NCBI RefSeq assembly: GCF_001194135.2
Contig: NC_068981.1
Span: 13,473,699-13,525,810, forward strand
Direction of reading: 5' to 3'
From: Octopus bimaculoides
Lineage: Eukaryota
Length of the DNA stretch: 52,112 nt
Shown here: one piece after another, positions 38,760 through 49,889 of the stretch
Numbering within the stretch: position 1 is the first letter of the stretch
Layout: every line of letters starts with the position of its first letter
Made by a program: the position numbers and the translations under genes
Notes under the pieces: generated by a model
Databases searched by the model: none
What the model saw: only the letters and a program-made list of their open reading frames with translations
Told to the model about the DNA's origin: nothing

Positions 38760-39933
38760 TGTGTGTGTGTGTGTGTGTATGTATATATGTAAGTATATTT
38801 GCCACATCTCGTCAATGTCATTACTCGTCATTGTTAATATTTTATTACTATCACCATTGAAAATCTGATCATACTGGCGGTGACGCATCATTATCGCAAC
38901 CTTTGGGGTAAAACTCATAAAAGAATAAGAGAATTACTGCGTGCAATTAAGATTTTTACTCGACTACATTAATTCATTAGGTTGAGTTTATATTTCGTGC
39001 ATATCTCAACCCTTAGTTGTCTTCAACATATTGTATCTCGCGTTTATTTTCCCATAAAGGGACCTGTTGAAAACATGAACGCCTTTTGTTTTCCCTGGTG
39101 TGCACTAAGATATATCTCGTATGTTTCATTTCCAATAGATTTTATATCGACCTGACCTATCTACAACTCAAAAATCAATAGTAGGCTGTCATCAACATAA
39201 TATTGATTTTCATTTGTCGCCCGCCTTACCTTTGTTTATTTGATTTAATCATTGTTCAGAAATATTTACCTGTCTTCAATACGGATATTATCTTGATTAA
39301 TTAAGACATTAAATGAATTACTTCTTATTTCACTATGTATTTTCAAAGCTGATGATATCTCAAAGCTATTTCCTTCGGATCGTAACTTGTTTCATTAACC
39401 AATACACTGCCTGTATATGCATATATTTCTTTCCCTTTGTCAATCTGACAGACGCACGAGGCACTGTGTTTGCTGTGTAGTTAAACGAAAGTATATCCAG
39501 TATTCGTAGTGTCTGCCAAAGACGAGATTATTTTCGCTTCAACACATCCATTTCTACTTTTAATGATTTAAAAATCAGGTTCAGCCCATTTCTAAGTAGT
39601 TTTCGTTTGATTTGTTGCCCTTATCTTTGCCCTTATTTTAGTTCTCTTAAGCATTGTTGAGCAATATTTTTTTTATATATACATGTATATACATGTTCAT
39701 TGATTAATTAAACTTTTTATGTTTAATACATTAGGGTTGTCTCAGCTTACTTCACAAGCAATTATTGACATTATATAAGTATAATGTCCATACTTGCTTA
39801 TGAAGTAAGCTGTGACAACGCTAATGTATTAAACATAAAAAGATGAGGTATCAACGCCCTTCCCACATTATTAATAAGTTACTAGTTTACAGACAGAGAA
39901 TGAATTAAATCTTTAAATGTTATGTATTATGCT

Positions 39934-40070
39934 CAGGCATGGCAGTACGGTAAGACATTTCCTTTCCAACCACATGGTCCTGGTTCAGCCCCTCTGCGTG
40001 GCACATTAAGCAAGTGTCTTCTACGATAGTCTCGGGTCGACAAAACTTTATGAGTGCATTTGACAGGCAA
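39934..40070 (+). mobile_element. SINE family B 5' half (tRNA head plus CORE-like segment)
   Basis: aaccacatggtcctggttcagcccctctgcgtggcacattaagcaagtgtcttctacgatagtctcgggtcgac matches 48757-48880. Confidence 0.8.
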
Positions 40071-40762
40071 AAAGAGAAAGAATTATGTGGACGGTCGACT
40101 CGTTAGAAATATTTGTCTAATTTACCTAAACCATACCCAACTGTCTTAGAAATGGAAGGACGTCATCTACAATGTAGTCCTTGATATAACATGTTCCAAA
40201 ACTACACAGTCTGTCCACATCAGAAAGGCCTTTTTGTCAGTTGGATCAATGCTGATTTGTCGCTAAACAACTGTTGAATGGGTTTTTTTAACATTAGTAG
40301 AATATCGACTCATAAACATGAGTGAACAAGTAAGATGGGAAATGGGTGTGAATTGATATTTCAAGGCAACATTTTTGAGTCATATATAATTCTCTTTGTT
40401 AATAATGGGAATATATAAGAATTACTTTGCTTAAACCAAATATAAGTTACTAACTAAAAATCAATTTTGTCAGCAGAGAGTGACAAGAATAAATTAAATT
40501 TATTCTTGAAACATATACAGGAAAACATAGAGAGAATCTAAATTTTTCCCACCAGCTTTAGTGAAGAACGTGAATATATGATGTTCTATGCCTAACTTAT
40601 CAATTAATTGACGGGAATAAAATGAAACCTGTCTGTGGAAGTATTATGAACACGAAAATGCCTATGGTGAAGCTATAAATCTTTAAAACAACAATGCATC
40701 CAGTCAACAGTTATTTGTGATTTCTTTTTTGTTTTTCTATCTTGTTAACATCTTCATTTTAT

Positions 40763-41305
40763 TTAGAAATAATACATTTCTAAATCTCTCAGAGAGATTT
40801 ATACAGTAGTGATACGATGAAGTAGTTGTGTGCTGTCAACTTAATGTGACAGTCCCCTGAAGGGAATAATACTACAGTTATTTAGACCTAGGTAGCTGCT
40901 CCGCTTCCTGTCGACCTTGACACATTTTTTGTGTCTTTATGTTTACAAGGGGGAGACAAGCACATCCACCCAGATAAGCCTGCATCCAGAGACATGTTTC
41001 TGAGTCTTTGCTGAAATTTGAAATCAGTGAATGTATTTCACTAGAATTATTATATGTTTACAAGAGCCTGACAGGCATCTTCGACTAGCAGGTCATGCTA
41101 CTCCAGACTGAAGACGAGCAAAGACTCAGAAACATGTCTCTGGATGCAGGCTAAGCTGGGTGGAGGTGCTTGTCTCCCCCTTTTAAACATAGGGACACAG
41201 GAAATGTGTCAAGGAAGCGGTGCAGCTTCCTAGGTCTAAACAACAGTTGTATTATTCCCTTCAGGGGGCTGTCACATCAAGTTGACAGCATACAACTACT
41301 TCATC
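40763..41305. mobile_element. HHR-bearing PLE/retrozyme-like element arranged as an inverted pair
   Basis: Arms 40816-41012 and 41117-41305 are reverse complements with a 104-nt spacer. The same family occurs at 20034-20284. Confidence 0.85.
41102..41144 (+). ncRNA. Minimal type-I hammerhead ribozyme motif (GUC site)
   Basis: TCCAGA (stem I)-CTGAAGA-C GAG caaaga CTC A (stem II, closing C.A mismatch)-GAAA-CAT-GTC-TCTGGA (stem I). Stem III is the palindrome ACATGT. Confidence 0.75.
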
Positions 41306-41718
41306 TTCATTTTACTCGTGATTATTGATAACTATATTGTTGAACTACTCATTGTCTACACATGTTGCATAGATATATCTACGCATTAACCATAATAAAC
41401 AATATGTAGTGAGTTGTCTATGCATGGTCCACAGCGAAAATGAAAACAAGGACTTGCATATTCTTCTTCATAGCTTCAGGCATATTGAAATATGTATGTG
41501 CAAGATAGTTATGTTTTGTACAGGAGAACAACATCTTTGAGTTGAGTGTGTGTTTATAATACATTCAATTCATTAGCATTAGGGGAACTTGAGATTCCCA
41601 GTGTTTCGATATCTTGTGTCTCATCATCTATAGGCATTCTGAATTAATGAATCAAATAAGAATTCGTGGCTTTTGTTTATAACTTAAGCAAATTGCTTGA
41701 TCATGCGTACTGATCGTC

Positions 41719-42155
41719 TTAATCCGTTTGTCTGTCCTTGTTTGTCCCCTCTGTGTGTAGCCTCTGGTGGGAAGTAAAGAAATAAGAAACGTTAGCACGC
41801 CGGGCGAAATGTTTAGCGTTGTTTCGTCTGCCGTTACGTTCTGAGTTCAAATTCCGCCGAGGTCGACTTTGCCTTTCATCCTTTCGGGGTCGATAAATTA
41901 AGTACCAGTTACGCACTGGAGTCGATGTAATCGATTTAATCCTTTTGTCAGTCCCTCTTTGTCGCCTCTATGTTTAGTCACTTGTGGGCAATAAAGAAAT
42001 AAGCAACGTTAGCACGCAGGGCGAAACGTTCTGAGGTCGACTTTGCCTTTCATCTTTTCGGGGTCGATAAATTAAATACCAGTTACATACTGGGGTCGAT
42101 CTAATCGAATGGTCTTCTCCCCAAAAATTTCAGGCCTTGCGCCTAGAGTAGAAAA
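41719..42155 (+). mobile_element. Head-to-tail tandem of three SINE family A units
   Basis: A tail-only unit, a near-full unit, and an internally deleted unit with a type 2 tail. Both junctions read aaagaaataag|(a/c)aacgttagcacgc. Confidence 0.9.
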
Positions 42156-43557
42156 GAAGAAACTATACCGGTTAGCATTCCGGCTCGATGTCTTAATCTC
42201 TCATTTTAATTAGCCAAAAATACGATGTTATCAACGCCTTGTATCTGACCTCATTGTACTTCAGATTCTGTACTAAATACTTTGCCACTCATTTTTTCTG
42301 TTCCAAATTCTCCCAAGAATATGGAAATCCTTTTATGCTTTTCAGAAAGGGATAAAAAATTCTCAATCTAAATATTAACGTTAACACCTTTCTTATTTTT
42401 TAATTTATTCACATAGAACAAATCTTTATAATCATTATTTGATACTGAATATATATAAACGAGTATAACAATATTTTATGACAAAAATAAGTTTTAAATT
42501 TGATTCTTTTACTGGACCAATGGAATTTCATAAATATTAAACAACTACAACAAAAGAAAAGACAACTTCTCTTTCATTTATTAATCTAGATGAAATTATT
42601 TTGAATGCTACATGTTGAAGCATATCCCAATATCAAGAACAACATTGCGTAGTACGCATCGTTTTGAAACTTTTCGGTTGTAAAAAGCATATTTTCGTGC
42701 TTTTCCAACCTGTTTGTTCGGCAATATGTCAAGTGGAAGAAAATGCCTTTACACGTTTAGGATTTGGGGAATCAGAAGAACTGGAAAAATGCAAAAATTT
42801 CTCTAATATGACCTCCCGAATTCTATTAATGTCACATTATCTCTATTTCCATCTGCAAAACTGTATATTCTATGAATTAACCATAGCATTATCAAGGAAA
42901 TATGTGAATAAAATAAAATACTACAACTTAGATCCGATAAAAATGCGATACGTTTGAGCAATCAGTTTAAATGATCCACTACTCTCATTGTATTTATTGT
43001 ATTAGGATATGAAAAATGGCAGGGGAAACATTATTTCCTTTCTACACTTGGTTAAACATTTTGCATTTCTGATGAGAGTGGCAGATTAATGTTTCCTGAC
43101 AATTGTGAAAATACTATCACGATATTTCAAAATATACAAAAAAATAAAAAGATGTTCTTTTTCTTCTTTTTCTTCTTTCTAGAGGTTTTATATCCTTTAT
43201 ATCATTCAGAAATCATGTGAACGGTATGTTCGAATATATTGCTCTGATGATTCTGATTCCTGAGGATTTCATTTATAAAAAAAGGTTATAACTTGAGAAA
43301 CACATTATCAACAAAAATGTCATGATCATATGGTTTCCCATGAAGACAGATCGTTGATAAAGCCACTTTTGAATATCGGTTGTCATTGTTCTTGATCATT
43401 GGTGCGAAATGTGTTTGCTTTCCTTGATATAAAACTATTGAAAACAATAACCGGTGATTCCACAACATAAAATCCATTGTTTGAAGTCAAATCTTACAGA
43501 CTTACATCTTATAAATTACATTAGACTGTTTCTTATATAATAACTCTATATTTTCAG

Positions 43558-43622
43558 CTATTGAAAGTACATTAGAAAATATCTCGACTTCTTTAAATTC
43601 TGATTCAACGCTACCGCTCGAG
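43558..43622 (+). other. Candidate internal exon, 65 nt (phase 1 to 0)
   Basis: Acceptor taactctatattttcag, donor AG|GTATAA. The single open frame reads xIESTLENISTSLNSDSTLPLE. Confidence 0.25.
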
Positions 43623-44245
43623 GTATAATTCTAAATCCTTTATCATCTTAGCCGTTTTCTACATTTTTATTGCTACCAAAATGAAGATACGATTGGATGC
43701 TTTGAAATTTATTTATTAGCATCGTTTCTCGATTAAGTTGAACTTCAAAGTCATAATTTCCTCGCCGGTAGTCTTAGTAACCTATGGCACTCTGAAGAAA
43801 ATATAATTCCAAAGAATTTTTAAACAGTGAAATTATAAATGAAAGACCATATAATATACTAATGTGAGAAATATGTAACAGACTTACTGCGAATTTCATT
43901 TGGTATATCGTTATCAAGAAACAATTCAAATATCTCAAATGGGCCTTTGTCAGTTAGTTCATCTTATCTTTGATTTCATTCTCTTGCGAATTCTGTTTTG
44001 AGAAACTGATTTTGAGAAACTGAGTTCATTTTTATTTTACAAGACAAATCTGAGTTTTTCTTTCTTTCACATTTCGGTTGAGGTAGTTCTTCTCCACTTT
44101 TTTACCTATGAAGCTCGACATTTCCTAATACAGATTTGAAAATGAAGTTTAGATTTCGATTCTTCTCTTCTAAGTCTCGTTATCAAAGTTTCTTTTTCAT
44201 TTTTTAGTTCACTTGCTTCAGGAGGGATTACAACCATATCAATGG

Positions 44246-45450
44246 TATTAGGATGGCCAAAATGTCCGTTCGGTTTTAATCGACTCTAAACATTAACCAC
44301 GTTAAGTACTGTAATTCAAATTATCCCTTTCGCATACGTACTCATCAGATACTTGACACTACAGTGTAGTTCGATGCAAACATGCGGAGAGACAAGCTGT
44401 ATGTAGTGTGCTTAGGTTCATCCTGAAAAGGGGGAATCAAAACTAACATCATCATCACCCTATGCATTTAAAGAAAAATAGACAAAAACGCGGAGGAAAC
44501 CTTCAGAAAGATATGCGTTGTGTATGGAGAGAATATTGTTGCGGGGCGTATGTGCCAGAAGTTGTCTTTTTAAGATTTCGATTGGAAGATTATTCAGTTC
44601 AAATTGCACCTCTAACCAGCCAAATGAGATTAATAACAACAAAATGAAGGCGTTAGTTGATACTAACCGCTGTTATACACCTAAGATGATCGCAAACCAC
44701 CGAATATGCAAATCTAGTGTTGAAAACTATCTGCATCAACTAGGTTGCACCAGCAGACCCGCTGTTTATGTTCCACATTAATTGAATGAGGCTGACCTTG
44801 CCCAATGGATTTCTGTCTGCGGCTCGCTGCAGAAACTCAAAGAAAACGACCTTTTCTGGAAGAGAATGGCGAAAGGAGACGGAAAGAGAAGCGCAAACGA
44901 TCATGAAGAAAGCGCAGCGAACCATCACAAACAATCTCCAAAGCTGGACTTCACGCGAAGAATGCTATAATTCTTTTGCATGAAAAAGTTTGGTGGGTTT
45001 GGAAGGATGTTGTCTTTCATGAGCTTCTACTCACAAACAGGTGGACAAAATTAAACTCTGCAGTCCACCAGAAGCATTCAGCACTTATTAATTGAAATGG
45101 CATTGTATTTCGTTACGACAATGCTAGACCGCACACCTCTTTGCAAACGCGGCAGAATGTATTGGGTCTGTATGGGAATATTTGTATTTTCCTGACTTTT
45201 CGCCTTTATTTTCCCACCTGTTTCAGTTTGTTCAAAATTTATTTGATTGGAAAGGCTTTCAACTCTAAAAAGGATGTAAAACTTTACCTAAAAGGAATGT
45301 ACAACTTTTTCTCCAGTAAAGACAGTAGAACAATACTTTCTGATTTATTCTGCAAAGTACTAACAACTCGCGCCTCCATTTCATTATATCTAAAACTTGT
45401 CTTATTTTCGCTTTAAAAGAAACAAAGCAGACATTTTGAACACCTCAGTA
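44246..45450 (+). mobile_element. Near full-length decayed mariner (about 1.2 kb)
   Basis: Left TIR tattaggatggccaaaatgtccgttcggtttt and a degenerate right TIR ending cattttgaacacctcagta. Motifs: KNAEETFRKICVVYG, YVPH*L, FWKRMAKGDG, YDNARPH, GKAFNSKKDVK. Multiple stops and frameshifts. Confidence 0.88.
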
Positions 45451-45954
45451 TTTTCGTCGCTAGATGAGTCATGTTTTTTTTTCTTCTATATAATTTACTG
45501 CATCATCAACTAATGTCAATAGCTTAACTGAAGTGAAAGTTATGAAAGAGTATCTGGTAATGAAAAGATGTTAAAAAGTAAACAAAATAACAGGATTTAT
45601 GATATTTACATAGCTCCCTTAATGCATCAGTGCCTCATTTAGATGAAAAAGTAGTTTTCAATCCGAAAGAGTTTACTTGCGCAATTTATTTTATCTTGTG
45701 CAAAATATCCTTAGAACACAGAAATACTGGAACCCTAGTAACTATGGCACGTATATTAAATCTAAACTTTCAGAATATTAAGAAACCTTTAACAAATTTC
45801 GAGGTCAATTAAAACATTCAGTTATACCATACACAAATATAGATTGGATGTATGTGTTATTGACTGAAAAACTTTTCAATGAAAACATAGTTTAAATCTT
45901 CAATATTTTCAACCAGATTGAAATTTGAATTCAGAAAGTAAACTAAATAGCTGA

Positions 45955-46012
45955 ACAATACTTTCTGATTTGCTCTGTCAAGTACTGACAACTCCCGCCT
46001 CCATTTCATTAT
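45955..46012 (+). repeat. About 57-bp direct repeat of 45329-45385
   Basis: aacaatactttctgattt.(c/t)tctg.caa.gtact.acaactc.cgcctccatttcatta at both sites. Confidence 0.8.
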
Positions 46013-46641
46013 TAAGCGTGTTTCGTTTAAAACTTAATATAGAAATACAAATATGATTTCAACTACTGAAAATAATCTTGAGTATGCAGTGAATAAAAAT
46101 GTAGTTTTATCTATTTTTCTTCCATTTTAACATTATTTCAAATCGTTTTTAGTTTAATCACTTCAGCCGGCGCCATGGTTATGAAGGGGTTGGCAACGAA
46201 TAACTACTGATCATTCACGTTCTTTTGCCCTCCTTTACACACCAAGAAGTTCTCATTAAAATATCATCAATCATCTCATCTATTGATTTGATAATCTATC
46301 ATTTTATTTTTTCTATTTTGTATGTTGTGCTTTATTTATTAACCAGCTGTTTTCTTACGATAATCTATAATGTACTAATAGTTCAACCACCAAAACAGAT
46401 ATATATATATATATATNNNNNNNNNNNNNNNNNNNNNNNNNNNNNNNNNNNNNNNNNNNNNNNNNNNNNNNNNNNNNNNNNNNNNNNNNNNNNNNNNNNN
46501 NNNNNNNNNNNNNNNNNNNNNNNNNNNNNNNNNNNNNNNNNNNNNNNNNNNNNNNNNNNNNNNNNNNNTATATATACACACGTGAGCGGGCTTGTATCTT
46601 TGCATATGTTTCTATATGTTGTTGTGTACGTATGTATGTAC

Positions 46642-46672
<31 letters not shown>

Positions 46673-47050
46673 TGTCGGCGCGGATGGTGCTGGTCAAGTA
46701 AATGATTAGATCTGATGTCGTCTGCTGAGACAATCACGTCGTGTTGTGTCATTTTAGTCATCTAAAAACACAAAAAATATTAAATTTACTTTTCATTTAT
46801 CTTCACTGGCGCCAAACGAAACCAACGGAAAGTGAATTTTAGTGTATTTTTGATGGGTAACATGACTCCTCCATAATGTAATACACACACGCACACACAT
46901 GTATATGTGCGTGTTTGTGTGCGTGTCTGTATATGTATGTGGGTACGTGTGCAATATATAATATACCTACTTGCATCTGAATGTGTGTCTATGTGTGTAT
47001 GTATCTATGTGCGTGCAATATATAATATATATATACGTGTGCATGTGTGT

Positions 47051-47096
<46 letters not shown>

Positions 47097-47111
47097 AGTA
47101 TATAATATATA

Positions 47112-47188
47112 TAGGCGTAGGCGTGCCTTGAAGCTCTCTTCTGGACCGCATGGTTCTGATTTCAGTCCTACTACGTAGCACTCTGGAC
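47112..47188 (+). mobile_element. SINE family B head, diverged
   Basis: ggcgtaggcgtg...accgcatggttctgatttcagtcctactacgtagcactctggacaattgtctt. Confidence 0.6.
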
Positions 47189-47318
47189 AATTGTCTTGGA
47201 AATTGAAGTGGCTAAGGGAAATGGAAAGAAACACGTCACATATATGTCACATGTATGTAGTTTATATTGTCCTTTCAAAACGTCATTGATACAAAAGCGT
47301 CACCCAGTTGTTTTACGT

Positions 47319-47727
47319 GTCCTAGCACGTATCCTGACGGCTCCTCTGGTATCTCTTTTCAATCTTTCACTTGAAAACTGCACCGGAAGACTGGAGGAAA
47401 GCGACCGTATGTCCAATATTCAAAAAGGGTAGCAAGGAAGACCCCACTTAATTATCGACCAGTCAGTTTGACATCCATCATTCTGCAAAGTCATGGAGAC
47501 CATCGTCAAGAAATCTCTCATGAACTATCTCCTTACTTCAAATGTTATATCCCACTCGCAACATGGATTTCAACCCCGAAGATCTTGCCTAACAAACCTT
47601 CTCCTTGAAGAGTGTATTACAAGAACCATGGATGAAAGAAGACTCGGTGGACGTGGTATTTTTGGACCTCGCAAAGGCGTTTGACTCAATTAATCACCGA
47701 CTTCTCTTGCGCAAATTTCAAGCATAC
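47319..47727 (+). mobile_element. CR1-like LINE reverse transcriptase fragment (domains 0-3)
   Basis: LTAPLVSLFNLSL, FKKGSKEDP.NYRPVSLTS, SQHGFQPRRSCLTNLL, VDVVFLDLAKAFDSINHRLLL. Confidence 0.92.
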
Positions 47728-47734
47728 AAGATTC

Positions 47735-47880
47735 CTACGCGAGACAAGTTTGACGTCGTCTGCAAATAGGAGGATTCTTCCATCAAGAAAATATAGCAGG
47801 TCATTGATATAGAGAAGAAGTATTGGCCCCAGCACCGGACCATTGGGAACGCCGCTGCAGGCATTCGTCTCCACGGAGAG
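47735..47880 (-). mobile_element. CR1-like RT domains 4-5, inverted
   Basis: SGVPNGPVLGPILLLYINDL...ILLFADDVKL (GVPQGSVLGP and FADD motifs). Confidence 0.9.
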
Positions 47881-47919
47881 ATCTCCATTTACCCCTACCT
47901 GAAAGGAAGGAAGAAATCC

Positions 47920-48080
47920 ACGAAGTCACCAATGGGTGAATCTTGTATCGAAGTCTTACTCTTGAATACTGACCTGATAACCATTGTGCTGCATACCTTT
48001 TGTATCTTTTCAGAGAGGCCTTTCACATAGGGTAGGCAGACTGTAGACAGTTTACTGATTTTATCCTCTCTTTTCTTCAA
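47920..48080 (-). mobile_element. Penelope-like (Poseidon-type) RT-to-GIY-YIG linker fragment
   Basis: VCLPYVKGLSEKIQKVCSTMVIRSVFKS matches LPYV.GLSE.I.R....I...FK. Confidence 0.75.
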
Positions 48081-48094
48081 AATTGGTGACCTGG

Positions 48095-48192
<98 letters not shown>
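48095..48192. repeat. (AAT)n microsatellite, about 32 units
   Basis: Direct inspection. Confidence 0.97.
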
Positions 48193-48244
48193 TACATCGA
48201 AAAATTACCTCAGAAATGAGAACCCAGGTTCGAAATTTCCCCAA

Positions 48245-48290
48245 GACACCTGATGAAGGTTGGAGGGTGTATCAGCTGAAACGTTGTGTT
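48245..48290 (+). ncRNA. Minimal type-I hammerhead ribozyme motif (GUU site)
   Basis: GACAC-CTGATGA-A-GGTTG gagggtgtat CAGCT-GAAA-C-GTT-GTGTT. Stem I is 5 bp, stem II is 5 bp with 2 G.U pairs, and stem III is the loop-less palindrome AACGTT. Confidence 0.7.
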
Positions 48291-48756
48291 AACAACAAAC
48301 GTATACAAATATCCGTGAAATTTAAATAATGTAAATATGTAAATTTTATTGATGTCTACTAAGAGATTATGCCATCACCATCTTTTTCCTTTCCTTCCCG
48401 TTTTTTTTGTTGATGCGTTTACAGCGATTTTGATGATGCATCTTCCAATGGCTACGTATGTTTGACACTGATTGGGTACAGCATGATGTCCCTTTTTAAA
48501 GATTTTTTTCCCTTCAAACTTCAGCTGTGGCAGTAAGCAATGCAATTTAGATGCAGGGATAATTACATTGCTGTTGTTAGAAACTCTGTCAAAACTTAGA
48601 ACTGTAATGAGTAATGAGACAGCCTTACATGGACATATTAAGAAAGAAACAGTTGCAAAAGAAATACCTACAGATGATTGTCAGAATGAATCCTGATAAC
48701 ACCCGGAACAAATGTGATCCACAACTGCCGAAAACATCAAGTTATATTGCATTGTC

Positions 48757-49123
48757 GCTTTGCTTAACAAACACATGTTTCCGGGTTCATTCCCACTCCG
48801 TGGCACCTTGGGTGAGTGTCTTCTACTATAGCCTCGGGCCGACCAAAGCCTTGTTAGTTGATTTGGTAGACGGAAACTGAAAGAAGCCCCGTCGTATATA
48901 TGTATATATATATGTTTGTATGTGTGTGTGTATGTTTTTGTGGCTGTGTTTGTCCCCCCAACATCGTTTGACAACTTAGCGGTTTGGCAAAAATGACCGA
49001 TAGTATAAGTAGTAGGCTTCCAAAGAATAAGTCCTGGAGTCTATTTGCTCGACTAAAGGTGGTGCTCCAGCATGGCCGCAGTCAAATGACTGAAACAAGT
49101 AAAAGAGTAAAAGTGAAAGAGTA
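48757..49123 (+). mobile_element. Near-complete SINE family B with an internal microsatellite
   Basis: tRNA-like head (ccgggttcattccc), ggcaccttgggtgagtgtcttc, a central (TA/TG)n tract, then a 3' half and (GTAAAAGA)n tail. Confidence 0.9.
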
Positions 49124-49218
49124 TATTGTCAGCCGAAAAAAGTGACCTACCTCAGATAAATATTAAAAAATCAACCTGTTACTGAATATATACATAAACA
49201 TGGACATAAGGAATATTA

Positions 49219-49460
49219 GTGGAATATTCCCATAAAAAAGTTTTAAAGGGCAAACATAAGAGGCCGGATATCGTTGTCAGGAACAGACTAAAAAAAAGAG
49301 CGTGTACTGTCGTAGAGATTAGCTGCCTTGCTAATGTGAATATCCCTTTGAAAATCAGAGACAGCGATAATAACTACAGACAACTTCTTCGACACCTTTG
49401 GCTTTTATACCCAGATTGTAAGTTCCCATAATAATTGGTGCACTTAGTTTTGTGAGGAAA
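49219..49460 (+). mobile_element. RLE-type (R4/Dong-like) non-LTR retrotransposon endonuclease fragment, copy 1
   Basis: HKRPDIVVRNRLKKRACTVVEISCLANVNIPLKIRDSDNNYRQL (RPD...E PD-(D/E)xK-type motif). Confidence 0.8.
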
Positions 49461-49679
49461 TACCTAAATCAGAATCAGGAAAAATCTAATACTTCTAGAA
49501 AAGGAAAACCAGCTAACTTACACGCTCCAGATTCAAATCTGAGACATTTCGCAACTTCAACACGTGGCATCGTTTTTGTTATTAATATTCCTATAATAGG
49601 GATTCGTCTCTTCGTTAGAATCCAGCCCCCCTGGATGATTTCGAATAATTATAAAAACAAGAGAATAGCAATACATTCA

Positions 49680-49680
49680 A

Positions 49681-49713
<33 letters not shown>

Positions 49714-49888
49714 CATACATTACATACATATATACATACGTACGCACATGCATACATACATACACACACACATACATAATGCCTACAAACACACATACAT
49801 ACATACATACATGCATACATACATACACACATACATAATGCCTACAAACATACATATATACATACATACATACCTACATACATATATC
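49680..49888. repeat. (ACAT)n-based array with an internal duplication of about 59 bp
   Basis: tacataatgcctacaaaca occurs twice. Confidence 0.9.
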
Positions 49889-49889
49889 C

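Noticed and set aside
42664-42957. 97-aa ORF and an antisense exon candidate (DGNRDNVTLIEFG)
   Set aside because: No recognisable motif, and the donor is weak.
44310-44350. Minus-strand CTGATGA-GTACGTATGC-GAAA
   Set aside because: Stem III and stem I do not form. It lies in the mariner 5' region and is probably chance.
49076-49105. SINE B tail AGTC aaat GACT-GAAA-C aa GTA resembling the 3' half of an HHR
   Set aside because: No CUGANGA-like core upstream in any copy.
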